The notes beneath the pieces were generated by a model, which saw only the letters and a program-made list of their open reading frames with translations, searched no databases and was not told the origin of the DNA. Position numbers and translations under genes: made by a program. DNA of 43,738 bases. Origin: Archaeoglobus sp. JdFR-37 (GTDB lineage: Archaea > Halobacteriota > Archaeoglobi > Archaeoglobales > Archaeoglobaceae). Shown here piece by piece: positions 28,717 to 39,578 of this stretch. The stretch covers positions 1 through 43,738 of the forward strand of contig MTMY01000024.1 of NCBI GenBank assembly GCA_002010215.1. The letters run 5' to 3'. Within the stretch, counting starts at the first letter, position 1, and each line of letters starts with the position of its first letter.

Positions 28717-30066
28717 ATGAAGACCAGGATGAGCTACGAGAAAGGCACCATAAGAATTGATGGGGGTGTCCACATCCCCTTTGCCACCTATGACTCCCGC
28801 TCCAAATGTTACCGAGCGAAAGCAAGCAGGTACAGGGATGTGGTGGAATATCTGGAAAAAGCGGGAATTGAGTTTGAGGATAATGTGCTCAACCCCATAC
28901 CTTGCCCCTTTTTTGAAGCTGAGCTTGAACTTAGAGATTACCAGCAGCAGGCTGTTGAGAGATGGATGTTGGACAGGAGAGGGTGCATCGTTCTACCTAC
29001 CGGTTCGGGGAAGACCTATGTGGCTCTTGAAGTCATAAAGGAGTTATCAGTCCCAACGCTGGTGGTTGTTCCAACTCTCGACTTACTTGACCAGTGGGTA
29101 GAGAAGCTTTCGGTCTTTGGCGAATGGATAGGTGAGTTCAGTGGAAGAAAGAAGGAGCTGAAGCCCATTACTGTTGCAACCTACGATTCTGCTTACATAA
29201 ACGCCGAATTGTTGGGAGATAAATTCGTGCTTCTTGTTTTTGATGAGGTGCACCATCTTCCTTCCCAGTCCTACATACACATAGCCGAGATGTGCGCCGC
29301 TCCTTACCGCCTTGGCCTCACCGCCACTTTTGAGAGAGACGATGGAAAGCACGAGCTTCTGCCAGAGCTTGTAGGTGGAAAAATATTCGAGTTAAAGCCT
29401 TCAGATCTGGCTGGAAAGCATCTTGCAAGCTATGTGGTGAAAAGAATATACGTGCCGCTGACAGAGAAAGAACGAAGGATATACGAAGCTAAGGCGAAAG
29501 TTTTCAGAGAATATGTCAGAAGGAAGGGGATAGTTCTGCGAAGCGTGGAGGATTTCCACAGAGTTATAATGGCCACTGGATACGATGCCAGAGCATATGA
29601 TGCTCTCAGAGCCTGGGATGAGGCCAGAAAGATTGCTTTTAACTCCAGAAACAAGATAAGAAAGCTGAAAGAGCTGTTGGAGAGGCATCGGGGAGACAAG
29701 ATAATCATATTCACCCGGCACAATGAACTTGTTTACACAATATCCAGAGCCTTTCTGATTCCTGCCATAACGCATCGAACTTCGAAGGATGAGAGGAAAA
29801 TTATACTTGATGGATTCCGGAAAGGGAAGTTCAAGGCCATCGTCAGCAGTCAGGTGCTTGATGAGGGAATTGATGTGCCCGATGCCAGCGTTGGAATAAT
29901 CATGAGCGGAAGTGGGAGTGTCAGGGAGTTTATCCAGCGCCTCGGGAGGATTCTCAGGCCGTCTAAAGGGAAGGAGAAGGCCATCCTTTACGAGCTTATC
30001 TCCAGAGAGACTGGGGAGGTGCACACTGCCAGGAGGAGGAGCAATGCTTCCAAAAGATCTCCTTGA
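28717..30066 (+). CDS. xpb: XPB-type SF2 DNA helicase
   Basis: LRDYQ, PTGSGKT, DEVH, GLTAT and QRLGR motifs; adjacent to Bax1. Confidence 0.92.
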   Translation: MKTRMSYEKGTIRIDGGVHIPFATYDSRSKCYRAKASRYRDVVEYLEKAGIEFEDNVLNPIPCPFFEAELELRDYQQQAVERWMLDRRGCIVLPTGSGKTYVALEVIKELSVPTLVVVPTLDLLDQWVEKLSVFGEWIGEFSGRKKELKPITVATYDSAYINAELLGDKFVLLVFDEVHHLPSQSYIHIAEMCAAPYRLGLTATFERDDGKHELLPELVGGKIFELKPSDLAGKHLASYVVKRIYVPLTEKERRIYEAKAKVFREYVRRKGIVLRSVEDFHRVIMATGYDARAYDALRAWDEARKIAFNSRNKIRKLKELLERHRGDKIIIFTRHNELVYTISRAFLIPAITHRTSKDERKIILDGFRKGKFKAIVSSQVLDEGIDVPDASVGIIMSGSGSVREFIQRLGRILRPSKGKEKAILYELISRETGEVHTARRRSNASKRSP

Positions 30067-31576
30067 GGTCAGGAAGTATAAGGGGAAGATGTTCCCGAGA
30101 TTTGCTGGAGAAAGGGAGTACCCTCTGGCTGAGCAGATCATCGGCATTTTTAAGGCCGGGAAAGGGAAGAAGTACGGCTCGATAATGGCAGCTCTGAAAA
30201 AGGTGGAGAATGCCAGAAACTATAGGAAGGTCAGAGGCTTCGTCAGAGTTATTGAGAACTTCTGCATCGAGAAGGTATGCCCTTTTGATGTCTCCCATCT
30301 TGACCCGGTTAAAGTGAGGCTGTACCTCTTTGAGAGGGGGTATGTCACTTCAAAGAAGGACAGGCAGCAGGTTATCGAGCTGGCTGCAAGATACTTTAGG
30401 GTTAGTCCGATGGATGTTGAGAAGGTCATGTTTGCAGACATGGATGAAGAGCTAGTGGTAGCGGAAGTCAGAGAGATTTCACCTGATGAGCTGATCAGAC
30501 TCTACAATCTCTCGCTCCTCCAGACTGCCATTTTTAACTGCCTTCGCCTGACTTTCTGGACTTCTTCAAACCACAAGGAGATATTTCGACGAATAAAGTG
30601 GCTGGGCCTCATGTATGAGCTTTATGAGGAGGAAGGAAAGGATGAGGAAGGTAAAATCCTAATCAGCGTGACAGGAGCAGCATCCATTCTGAAAATGACA
30701 AGAAAGTACGGAACCTCCATTGCCAAGCTGATACCCTCCATATTGAAGGCTGATGAATGGTGGATTCGAGCAGAGATTCTGGATGAAAATACCAATAGAA
30801 TCTACCTGCTGGAGCTAGACTATAGGCAAGGACACCTTTTCCCAGAATATGATGAAAGGATTGAGTTTGACTCTTCCCTTGAGGAGGAGTTTGAGAGGAA
30901 AGTCAGGGCAATAACAGGGGCTGAAGTCATCAGAGAACCGGATGTGATTAAGGCTGGAAGATACGCATTCATACCGGATTTTCTAGTGAGGAGAGGTGAG
31001 AAGGAAGTTTATGTTGAGATAGTGGGTTTCTGGACGGAGGAATATCTCAAGAAGAAGATGGAGAAGATCAGACAGGTAAATGTGCCGCTGATAGTCATTG
31101 CTAGAGAAGAATACGGAAAGGAATATTGCAGCAAAAAACGTGGCATCAAAGCAGATGAAGACGTGATCTTCTTCTCAACCAAGATTCCGTATAACGAGGT
31201 CATCAGGAGAATAAACCTGTATCTGAGGGCCGACATCAGCGAAATGAGTTTTGACATGGAGGAAAAAGAAGTCATACATCTGAAAGAGCTGGCAGAGGAA
31301 TACGGCGTCTCAGTTAATGAAGTAGCTGAAAAGCTCCCCAAAGATTACGTTCTTGCCGGAGCCTTTGCCATCAAAAAGGAGATTCTGGATGAGATTGCCC
31401 AAAAACTAGAGGAAATAAAGCCAGAGAAGCTTGCTGATGCTGCATCAGTGCTGGAGAGATACGGCGTCGGGTATGAGGTTCTTCCGGTTCTGGGATATCG
31501 TATAAAGTGGGTTGGGTTGAGTGAAGAGGATGCGATTGTTGTTAAGGAGCTGGATAAGAGTAGTAGGATTGAGTAA
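30044..31576 (+). CDS. bax1: Bax1 (DUF790) endonuclease, partner of XPB
   Basis: True start is MLPKDLL (30044); [14 protein letters not shown] and PDF...EIVGFWT (PD-(D/E)XK-like) motifs. Confidence 0.9.
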   Translation: MLPKDLLEVRKYKGKMFPRFAGEREYPLAEQIIGIFKAGKGKKYGSIMAALKKVENARNYRKVRGFVRVIENFCIEKVCPFDVSHLDPVKVRLYLFERGYVTSKKDRQQVIELAARYFRVSPMDVEKVMFADMDEELVVAEVREISPDELIRLYNLSLLQTAIFNCLRLTFWTSSNHKEIFRRIKWLGLMYELYEEEGKDEEGKILISVTGAASILKMTRKYGTSIAKLIPSILKADEWWIRAEILDENTNRIYLLELDYRQGHLFPEYDERIEFDSSLEEEFERKVRAITGAEVIREPDVIKAGRYAFIPDFLVRRGEKEVYVEIVGFWTEEYLKKKMEKIRQVNVPLIVIAREEYGKEYCSKKRGIKADEDVIFFSTKIPYNEVIRRINLYLRADISEMSFDMEEKEVIHLKELAEEYGVSVNEVAEKLPKDYVLAGAFAIKKEILDEIAQKLEEIKPEKLADAASVLERYGVGYEVLPVLGYRIKWVGLSEEDAIVVKELDKSSRIE

Positions 31577-31674
31577 GTGTTTAATTGTTTAATCGATGAT
31601 TGAGTTCTCTGAAATTTTTGAATGTGGTTTTTGAGTCCACTCTGTTAAGATCTCAAAATTATAATGTGTTTTTT

Positions 31675-31793
31675 ATCCCGCCCACCCAGCTCCTCCTCCG
31701 TCTCGGAGATTCATTTTAGTTGATTTGGTGAGATTTTGTGAAAATTTTAGAATACTGTCAAAATATGAAGCTTAGGGACGGGTGGGTGGGCAT
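31675..31793. repeat. Imperfect inverted repeat with G-tract ends around an AT-rich core (MITE/REP-like)
   Basis: Left end ATCCCGCCCACCCAGCTCCT and right end AGGGACGGGTGGGTGGGCAT. Related copies at 10391-10410 and 32863-32884, and a degenerate one at 8368-8387. Confidence 0.6.
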
Positions 31794-31954
31794 AGCTATT
31801 AAATTGATAAATTAAATTATTATTGAAATTAAATACTTGATTTTGGCTAGTGGAATAAAAGTAAAAGTTGAATAAATAGAAAGTCAAAACTTTGAAAAGA
31901 AAACCATAAATATTTCCAAGATAGAATTTTCCAAAGGGGCTTTGAGTGAGTTAA

Positions 31955-32391
31955 ATGTTTAATATTTGGGGTGAAAAAGAGGAAAAGAAAAGAAGACAAT
32001 ACATAAGCAAGTCAGAATGGGAAGTAAAGAAGAAACTATTCGGAAATAAATGTGTTATATGCGGTAAGAGTGAGAAAAGCGTTGGAGTGTTGGAAAAAGC
32101 CCATCTAAAAAGCACATTCTAAAGGTGGCTCCCAAGTAGTTCCGATGTATCCAACCTGTCACAAAAAGTATGACAGAGGCTTGTTGACCGAGAAACAACT
32201 GAAAAAACTTGGTATTGACCCAAAAAAGTACAAAAGAATGTTGCCTAAAAAAGTACAAGGAAAGAAGAAGAAAGACCCCGTTCGCTTTAAACGTGCCAGA
32301 ACTTGACATCTCAGACCCATTAGGTGGTAAGAAGAAGAAAGGAGGCAGAAAGAGGATGAAAAAAGATGAATTTGGGTTTGATTTGTTTTAA
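31955..32391 (+). pseudogene. Degenerate HNH endonuclease
   Basis: ATG 31955 gives MFNIWGEK...KCVICG...LEKAHLK. After a +1 shift in the A5 run (32107-32111) it reads AHSKGGSQVVPMYPTCHKKYD, with Y where the CPxCH Cys is expected. A second +1 shift in a C4 run (~32276-32279) is probable. Confidence 0.75.
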
Positions 32392-32417
32392 AGAGAAAAG
32401 CATGTCGGGCGCGGAGA

Positions 32418-32613
32418 ATGAGCAATGAGATTGATAATATACTAGACTGGGCTATTGGTGCAGTGGTCATACTATTCTTTGCATACATATTATGGGTAAT
32501 CGCGATCAATTTTGTGAATTAGATTCAATTTTTGTTCAACTGGTTGGAGTTTGTTTGCTGCATTTATCGCGGGAGCTGTTTTATTCTTAAAATTTGGATG
32601 GAGAAGACGGTGA
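32418..32613 (+). pseudogene. Degenerate small two-TM membrane protein
   Basis: GGAG-preceded ATG 32418 gives MSNEIDNILDWAIGAVVILFFAYILWVIA, which stops early. Other frames give DQFCELDS and FCSTGWSLFAAFIAGAVLFLKFGWRRR*. Confidence 0.5.
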
Positions 32614-32640
32614 AATAGTAAGAGTAATAAAAAACCCCTC

Positions 32641-32660
32641 AAAACACTAAAAAACAAAAA
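32641..32660 (-). terminator. Oligo-T terminator after tRNA-Thr
   Basis: Minus strand reads TTTTTGTTTTTTAGTGTTTT directly after the tRNA 3' end. Confidence 0.6.
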
Positions 32661-32661
32661 G

Positions 32662-32734
32662 AGCCACGGGCGGGATTTGAACCCGCGACCTCGTGCTTAC
32701 CAAGCACGCGCTCTACCGGCTGAGCTACCGTGGC
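32662..32734 (-). tRNA. tRNA-Thr(GGT), intronless, CCA not encoded
   Basis: GCCACGG/CCGTGGC acceptor stem, CGTGC-TTGGTAA-GCACG anticodon arm and GGTTCAAATCC T-arm. Confidence 0.97.
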
Positions 32735-32992
32735 CTGAGAAAGGCTGAGGAGATGAGATTTATGAAGTTTGCGGTCTAAAAATAATTGTGCATTTTCCTG
32801 AGATTGTTTGTTTAACTTTGATGTATAGGCTAATTGCCATAAATGACTTACTCAATTTTTATCCGCCCACCCTGCCCCTCCTCCTTCCTGGAGCTTCATC
32901 TTTGGATTTGATAGAAAAGCTTTCAAAATGAATTTTTTAGTCAGTCATGTCAGTGAAAGGAAATGTATTTCAGAAAACTGCATCGAGAGTGA

Positions 32993-33097
32993 CTATTCCT
33001 TCTTCTCTTCCTTCTTCCCCTCTTCTTTTTCCTCTTTCTTAGCTTTCACTTCCTCCGCCGCATAATAGTAGTATTTTTTCTTTTTCTCTTCAGACAT
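32993..33097 (-). CDS. Small charged peptide (34 aa) with KKKK-YYYY core; not in ORF track
   Basis: MSEEKKKKYYYYAAEEVKAKKEEKEEGKKEEKKE*, preceded by SD GGAGGG; TATA-like ATTATAAA further upstream (~33190-33197). Confidence 0.6.
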   Translation of the reverse strand: MSEEKKKKYYYYAAEEVKAKKEEKEEGKKEEKKE

Positions 33098-33260
33098 CTT
33101 CAAACCCTCCTTTTGAACAATTTGAATTTCTTCCTTTTTAGCTTTTACCTCATTAACCATTTTGAGCTTTCAACAAATATTTTGTAGTTTTATAATTTGT
33201 GCTATCAATTTCCTGTAACCTGCTGCAACCTTTTTAAGTAAGTCTTGTCGAGAAGATACG

Positions 33261-35384
33261 ATGCAAAGTATGATGCACATAACCAAACTCGAACCCCACA
33301 TTTCACGCTTCGCTGTTAAGGTTCTGGAAGAGAATGGCATTAGCTCTCTCTTCCCCCCTCAAGAGGATGCCGTAAAAAAAGGATTGTTTGGCGAGCGCAA
33401 CATGGTGATTGCCATACCAACTGCCAGCGGAAAAACACTCATAGCAGAGCTTGCCATGCTTCACGCCGTTCTTCATGGTGGTAAAGCTCTCTACACAGTT
33501 CCTCTGAGAGCTCTGGCTGCGGAAAAGTTTGAAGATTTCAAGAAGTGGGAGCAGATCGGCCTGAAAATCGGAATGTCTATGGGAGATTATGAAGCAAGAG
33601 ATGAATGGCTTGGAGACTGCGACATAATCGTGACAACCAGCGAGAAAGCTGACTCCCTCATCAGAAACGGAGCGAGATGGATCAAAGACGTGACGTGCTT
33701 AGTTGTGGACGAAATCCACCTGCTGGATTCCGCAAAGCGTGGCGCAGTTCTGGAGGTGCTCATAGCAAAGCTCAGAAAGGTTAATCCTGACATCAGAATT
33801 CTTGCGCTGTCAGCAACAATTCCAAACGCCAGTGAGATTGCTGAGTGGCTGGATGCAGAGCTGATAAAGAGCGAATGGCGCCCAACGCCTCTCTACGAAG
33901 GAGTGATCTGCAGGGGAAGGCTGGAGCTATATAAGGATGGGATTAAAATTGCAGAAAAGAGTCTCAAAGGAGATGCAGTGGCTTCCTTGGTAAAGGATAC
34001 TCTCGAAGATGGCGGTTCCGTCCTCATTTTTGACTCTACTCGAAGAAATGCTGAAGCTACGGCAGTAAAGCTCTCTGCTACAGCCAGGAGATACGCGGAG
34101 TTTGAACGGCCGGAAAATCTAGAGGAGCTGACAGAGCTGGCAAAGGCCATACTTGAAGAGAACGAAGGCGAGATGAGTCAGAAACTGGCAGAATGTGTCA
34201 GACATGGCGTTGCCTTCCACCACGCTGGACTGCTTAACGAGCAGAGAAAGGTTGTTGAGGATGCCTTCAGGCAGGGGATGATCAGAGTGGTTGTGGCAAC
34301 ACCAACGCTGGCTGCCGGAGTGAATCTGCCGGCGAGAAGAGTGATAATTAAGAGCTACCGCCGCTTCGACGGTTACAGCAAGCCAATAAAGGTTCTGGAG
34401 TACAAGCAGATGGCAGGCAGAGCAGGCAGACCAGGGATGGATGAGTGGGGGGAGGCGGTTGTTATAGCCAGAAAAGAATCCGATAAGGACTTTGTGCTGA
34501 ACAATTACGTTCTGGGTGAGCCTGAGAGGGTGGAATCCAAGCTTGGAAGCGAAGCCCATCTGAGATTCCACAGCCTTTCCATAATAGCTGAAGGCTTCGC
34601 CAGAACTCTCGAAGAGCTGGAAGGGTTCTTCTCATCCACCTTCTTTTTCCATCAAAACGAGGTCTCAGCGAGATACGAGCTTGAGAGAATAATCGGACAG
34701 CTTGAGAAGTGGGAAATGGTTGAGTGGGACGGTAATGTCTCTCCAACTGAATTTGGAAGGCTTGTCTCAAGACTCTACATAGACCCCATGACGGGTTTCA
34801 TTTTCAGAGATACGCTTAGCAGATCAGAGGTTTCAGAGATCGGAGCTCTCCATCTGATATGCAGGTCTCCAGACATGGAGCTTCTTTATGTCAGGAGGAG
34901 TGAGGAGTGGATAGAGGAGGAGGCTCTGGCTCTCAAGGAGAGGCTCACCTACGCACCATCTGTCTATTCATCCGACTACGACTGGTTCCTGTCTGAGGTT
35001 AAGACTGCCCTCTGCCTCCATGACTGGATTAACGAGAGGGATGAAGACGTTATATGCGACAAGTTCAGCATCGCTCCAGGTGATCTCAGAAGAGTTGTTG
35101 AAACGGCCCAGTGGCTCATGCATGCGTTGCGAAGAGTTGCAGAGCATCTCGCCCATCCTCAGACTGGATTTTTCGCAGGGCTGGAGGAGAGGCTGAACTA
35201 CGGAGTGAAGGAAGAGCTGCTTGATCTTATCAGGCTCAAGGGAATTGGTCGGGTCAGGGCGAGAAAGCTCTACCGGCATGGAATTAAGAGCGTTGATGAC
35301 ATTATTGCCAGCAAGGACAAATTGCCCATGATAATCGGGAAGGGAATTGCGGAGAAGGTTCTCAGGCAGCTTGGAGTCGAATAA
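33261..35384 (+). CDS. hel308: Ski2-like helicase Hel308
   Basis: PTASGKT, DEIH, SAT, FHHAGL and QMAGRAGR motifs; C-terminal HhH with RVRAR. Confidence 0.96.
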   Translation: MQSMMHITKLEPHISRFAVKVLEENGISSLFPPQEDAVKKGLFGERNMVIAIPTASGKTLIAELAMLHAVLHGGKALYTVPLRALAAEKFEDFKKWEQIGLKIGMSMGDYEARDEWLGDCDIIVTTSEKADSLIRNGARWIKDVTCLVVDEIHLLDSAKRGAVLEVLIAKLRKVNPDIRILALSATIPNASEIAEWLDAELIKSEWRPTPLYEGVICRGRLELYKDGIKIAEKSLKGDAVASLVKDTLEDGGSVLIFDSTRRNAEATAVKLSATARRYAEFERPENLEELTELAKAILEENEGEMSQKLAECVRHGVAFHHAGLLNEQRKVVEDAFRQGMIRVVVATPTLAAGVNLPARRVIIKSYRRFDGYSKPIKVLEYKQMAGRAGRPGMDEWGEAVVIARKESDKDFVLNNYVLGEPERVESKLGSEAHLRFHSLSIIAEGFARTLEELEGFFSSTFFFHQNEVSARYELERIIGQLEKWEMVEWDGNVSPTEFGRLVSRLYIDPMTGFIFRDTLSRSEVSEIGALHLICRSPDMELLYVRRSEEWIEEEALALKERLTYAPSVYSSDYDWFLSEVKTALCLHDWINERDEDVICDKFSIAPGDLRRVVETAQWLMHALRRVAEHLAHPQTGFFAGLEERLNYGVKEELLDLIRLKGIGRVRARKLYRHGIKSVDDIIASKDKLPMIIGKGIAEKVLRQLGVE

Positions 35385-35439
35385 GAGTGGAATAAAGTTA
35401 AGGAATTAAGTTTATCTGCCCAGCTGTTTCGCAATAAAT

Positions 35440-36141
35440 GTGAACATTATAGTTGTGGGCACCGCTGGCAGCGGAAAAAGCACCTTCACCCTGAACTTCT
35501 CAGATTATCTTAGGAGAAAGGGATACTTGGTGGGAACAGTAAATCTCGACCCAGCATCGCCCCCCATCTATCAAACAGAGTGGGATATCCGGAAGTTCGT
35601 GAAAGCGGAGGAGGTAATGGAGCAGTTCAATCTGGGAGTCAACGGAGCACTCCTGAAATCCGTTGAAATTGCTCAGCAACACATCACCAAGCTCATACCG
35701 GATGCAGAATACGTGATTATTGACACCCCTGGCCAGATGGAGCTGTTTCTGTATTCTAATTTTGGTGAGAATGTTGTTGAGAGCTTAAATGGATTCAGCA
35801 CCTGCATCTTCATCGTCGACTCCACCAGAGTATCAACTCCAGAGAATTTCATTTCGATTATCGCCCAGAGCGCAGTAGTATCGCTCCGCCTCTCTATTCC
35901 TACGCTGACGGTCTTCAACAAATGTGATATTACCGAAATCCCCGATTTGAATGAAGTAAAGAGAAGGATTGGGGAGGAAGAAGGAGTGTTGGCAGAGCTA
36001 ATGGAGAAGCTTGTAGAGTTTGTAGAGTACACAACGCTGCCTTACAGGCTCATTAGGATGTCCTCAATCACCTCAGCAGGTTTTGATGATGTCTTTTCTG
36101 CCTTAAACGAGCTTTTCTGCGCATGTGGTGACATCAGCTGA
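35440..36141 (+). CDS. GPN-loop GTPase family protein
   Basis: GTAGSGKS, NLDPA, DTPGQME and NKCD motifs; the loop reads GVNG. Confidence 0.88.
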   Translation: MNIIVVGTAGSGKSTFTLNFSDYLRRKGYLVGTVNLDPASPPIYQTEWDIRKFVKAEEVMEQFNLGVNGALLKSVEIAQQHITKLIPDAEYVIIDTPGQMELFLYSNFGENVVESLNGFSTCIFIVDSTRVSTPENFISIIAQSAVVSLRLSIPTLTVFNKCDITEIPDLNEVKRRIGEEEGVLAELMEKLVEFVEYTTLPYRLIRMSSITSAGFDDVFSALNELFCACGDIS

Positions 36142-37639
36142 TGCCAGCCCTTTCAAGTATTCGCTCATATTCCCTCACAAGCCTGCTCTTTTTGTATCCC
36201 ACATCTATGAAATCCCACGGGAGTTGCTGATTTACATCAATCTCCCCCAGATACTTCTCCAGCCCCAGTTTTTTGATGGCAGACAACTTGGGTTTCGTGG
36301 TAAGGAGAGAAGCAACATCCCTTCCACCCCTTGAAAGAACTACCTGAACAGCAAATTTTTCAACGCTTTCAACCTCAGCTTTAACACCCATTCTTGCAAA
36401 TTCCTTTTTCAGAAGTTTCGACTTCTCTTCCAGTTTCTCCAGGTTATCCTGTGGTGATGCTGAGAAGTCCCCTCCATAAGGCATCCACTGAAGGGGTGTA
36501 TGAGGTTTTGGAACCAGTGGATTCACGGAGACGCTCACGGACCCAACTATCTCCTTAACTCTGGAAGTGAGTTCCACAATGGCTTTAACATCCTCCTCAG
36601 TTTCCCCGGGCAGACCGATCATGAAGTACATCTTTATTGAGCTTATACCCTTCTCTTTTGCCATCTCTGCCGCAGAAATGACATCTTTCTCATCTATGCC
36701 TTTCCTGAGACTGTCTCTCATCCTCTCGCTTCCCGCTTCCGGAGCGACGGTGAGGCTTTTCAGTCCTGCTTCTGCAAGAAGCTCCATGAGCTCGGGAGTG
36801 AGCTTGTCTGCTCTGACCGAAGATGGTGAGACCATAAACCCCATTTCCAGAAGCCCTGCTACTATCTCCTTGAATTTCGGGTGGTCAGAGGGGGACGGGG
36901 CAATTATCGCAGCCTTGCTTACAGCTTCTCTGTTAGCTTCGGCCACCGAGAGAATCAGTTCCGCATCTCTCCACCTCAGGGGAGAATAGATTTGCCTGAC
37001 AATGCAGAAAGTGCAGCCCCTCCCACACCCCCTGCCTATCTCCAGCAAAACACATCTGTCGTAAGCCCCTTCTCCCACGATCTGGGTGAGAAGGTGATCC
37101 TCAAGCTTATCTGGCTTCAGTCTTCTGACTTTTCTTTTGACCCTCTCCCCTCCACCTGTATAAATTCCATCTCCTTCAATCTCACCTTTCAGAATTTTTT
37201 CCAGAATATCGCTGTTTTCCACTTCGCCTATCACAAAAACATCAAGGTAATCCAGCAGTGGCTGTGGATTCTCTGTCACACACGGCCCTCCTGCAACCTT
37301 GAGCCCTGAAAACCCACTCTTCCGGATTATTCTGACGGCATTGAAGTAATCTTCCTCGTACTGGAGAGAGAATAGGGCAATATCGAAGTCTTTCAGAGGA
37401 GTTCCGGTCTCTAGACTCCTCAGCCCATCGAAAACGTCAAGGTAGAACCTCTCGCATACAAAGCCATCCATGGAGTTAATCTTTGCATAAATGTACTGGA
37501 GGCCTATGTTGGTTATGCCGCCCACGTATCTGTTAGGGTAGACTAGTGCAACCCTTCCCATCCCTTTCTTCCAGGGTTTGAAGAGGGGGTTGTGCTCCAG
37601 ATTTTGCTTCAAGTTGCGCTGGCTTTTCCTGATATTCAC
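36134..37639 (-). CDS. Radical SAM protein with B12-binding-like N-terminal domain (COG1032)
   Basis: EIGRGCGRGCTFC (CxxxCxxC), APEAGS, YFMIGLPGET and VPKPHTP motifs. Confidence 0.9.
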   Translation of the reverse strand: MNIRKSQRNLKQNLEHNPLFKPWKKGMGRVALVYPNRYVGGITNIGLQYIYAKINSMDGFVCERFYLDVFDGLRSLETGTPLKDFDIALFSLQYEEDYFNAVRIIRKSGFSGLKVAGGPCVTENPQPLLDYLDVFVIGEVENSDILEKILKGEIEGDGIYTGGGERVKRKVRRLKPDKLEDHLLTQIVGEGAYDRCVLLEIGRGCGRGCTFCIVRQIYSPLRWRDAELILSVAEANREAVSKAAIIAPSPSDHPKFKEIVAGLLEMGFMVSPSSVRADKLTPELMELLAEAGLKSLTVAPEAGSERMRDSLRKGIDEKDVISAAEMAKEKGISSIKMYFMIGLPGETEEDVKAIVELTSRVKEIVGSVSVSVNPLVPKPHTPLQWMPYGGDFSASPQDNLEKLEEKSKLLKKEFARMGVKAEVESVEKFAVQVVLSRGGRDVASLLTTKPKLSAIKKLGLEKYLGEIDVNQQLPWDFIDVGYKKSRLVREYERILERAGIS

Positions 37640-37719
37640 TCATTCTTCTTGGCTGAATAGATATTTAAGAAATTTCCACGTGAGCTGAAACTTTTTGTCG
37701 ATTTGTCTAACCTTCAACC

Positions 37720-39453
37720 TTATCCAGATTCAGAACCTACTACAAGAGGTACAATTTTCCTCTCTTTGACCTTCACAATTCCCCTGTTACTCAGTTTGAG
37801 ATCCGGAAGTGTGACAAAGGTCAGGAAGTGAAGCACATTGATGGGCTTTTCGAAGGATACGCCATTATTCCTCAATATCTCCTCAAACTTCAGCAATTTT
37901 TCAGATACGTATTTAGCACCATCCGACATGACGCCGCCATGGGGTAATTGAAGTTCCTCGACAACTTCACCGTTTTCAGAAAATACTATGCCTCCTTTCA
38001 GCTCAATTACTCTATTCACCGCTGCAACAATATCTTCATCATTGCATCCAATAGCAACGATGTTGTATTCGTCAAAACAGACAGTAGATGCTATGGCTCC
38101 ACTCTTCAATCCGAATCCATCCAGCAATGATACCACTGGAGGCCACTTAGCCCTGAACCTCTCCACCAGAACTGCCTTGTGGTAACCCTCAACCCACCCA
38201 TCCTGCACCTTGACCTCCTTCACCACCTCACGATTCACGGTCTCACTTAGGAGTTCGGCAATCCTCAGCTTTGCTCTGTCGTCTACAGGAATTTTAATAT
38301 CGTCGGGCTTCAGCTTTCTTTTCACGTTCATTACGCTTAAGGGTGTCGAGGAGGAATAACTGGATGAATCGCCAAAATCATCCTCCTTATAAATCTGACC
38401 ACCAACAATAACCCTGTCAATCTCAACCTTTTCCAGATCTTTTAACAGAAGCATATCTGCATATCTCGGTGGCGCAAGAATGCCCAAGTCCCTCTCCATG
38501 CCATAGTATCTAGCCGGATTCACTGTAACCATCCTAATGGCATCAATGGGATCGATACCAAGCTCTATGGACTCCCTGACAACCCAGTCCATGTATCCTT
38601 TATTCACAGCATCTGAAGGTTCCACGCCGTCAGAAACAAGGGATATCCAAGACACATCACACTTTTGCACAGCAGGTAGAACATCGTACAAATCTTTTCT
38701 GATGGAGCCGTGCCTCACCATCAAATGTAGCCCATTCCTGAGCTTTTCATAAGCCTGTTCAGTATTTATGGCTTCATGGCAGGAGCTGGCTATAGGAGCG
38801 TAGGCTGCCAGCTTTTGTCTTCTTGCTCCTGCAGTATGGCCAAGAATTTTCAAGTTCTTCTCGACTGCCCACCTTACCTTATTCCTGACACCTTCATCAC
38901 CATTTATAAGTGCACTCCATGCTACAACCTCTCCCATTCCCACAAGAAGCTCTCCAGCAATTTCAGCCAGATCATCCAGATCGATAGGGAAGTTTGCATC
39001 CTCAACTCCCGGATCTTGAGGAGAAATGAACGGAATCAGAACGTAGACTCTAGCATCGCAGCGTTTAGCCCAGTCAACGAAGAGACGGAAGCCATCAATA
39101 CCCATAGCATTGAATGCAGCGTCTGGTTCGGCAAAAAGACAGGTAGTTCCATGCTTTACAGCAATTTTGGCCATCTCGAAGAGGGTGAGATAGTAATCCG
39201 GATGGGCATGGGCGTCGATGAGGCCAGGCACAGCATACCTGCTTTTTGCATCAATTGTTTTAATTGCGGAAATATTGGAAGAGTCTCCTACATAAGCAAT
39301 CCTGTCACCTTTAATGGCTATTGAAGCTTCGTAAATCTCTCCGGTGACAACATCAACCACATTACAGTTCTCAATCATCAAATCTGCCTTTATTCTGCTC
39401 ATTGCGGTGTCTATCAGAGAATCCATTACCTCAGCCAGCCTGCTTCCTATCAT
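37720..39453 (-). CDS. Adenine deaminase-family amidohydrolase (YerA-like variant)
   Basis: PGLIDAHAH, GMGE, GH, HE, SDG and TVNPARYYG motifs, plus an adenine-deaminase C-terminal domain. Confidence 0.88.
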   Translation of the reverse strand: MIGSRLAEVMDSLIDTAMSRIKADLMIENCNVVDVVTGEIYEASIAIKGDRIAYVGDSSNISAIKTIDAKSRYAVPGLIDAHAHPDYYLTLFEMAKIAVKHGTTCLFAEPDAAFNAMGIDGFRLFVDWAKRCDARVYVLIPFISPQDPGVEDANFPIDLDDLAEIAGELLVGMGEVVAWSALINGDEGVRNKVRWAVEKNLKILGHTAGARRQKLAAYAPIASSCHEAINTEQAYEKLRNGLHLMVRHGSIRKDLYDVLPAVQKCDVSWISLVSDGVEPSDAVNKGYMDWVVRESIELGIDPIDAIRMVTVNPARYYGMERDLGILAPPRYADMLLLKDLEKVEIDRVIVGGQIYKEDDFGDSSSYSSSTPLSVMNVKRKLKPDDIKIPVDDRAKLRIAELLSETVNREVVKEVKVQDGWVEGYHKAVLVERFRAKWPPVVSLLDGFGLKSGAIASTVCFDEYNIVAIGCNDEDIVAAVNRVIELKGGIVFSENGEVVEELQLPHGGVMSDGAKYVSEKLLKFEEILRNNGVSFEKPINVLHFLTFVTLPDLKLSNRGIVKVKERKIVPLVVGSESG

Positions 39454-39578
39454 GAGAGATCACTGGAAAGCGAATAATTTTTGAAGATAAATACCTTCTG
39501 GACGGAAGCTGCTTCACTTCCTGCCTTTACTTTCACATCACCCGAAACCCTGAAGTGTTGTTTAGCCAACCCTCATAA

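Noticed and set aside
31675..31683. ATCCCGCCC matching the tRNA-Thr T-arm, a possible att site
   Set aside because: Only 9 bp, in the wrong orientation for an att duplication, and part of the G-tract repeat family.
31577..33260. CRISPR array or intact IS in the AT-rich interval
   Set aside because: No regularly spaced repeats and no transposase or integrase frame were found.
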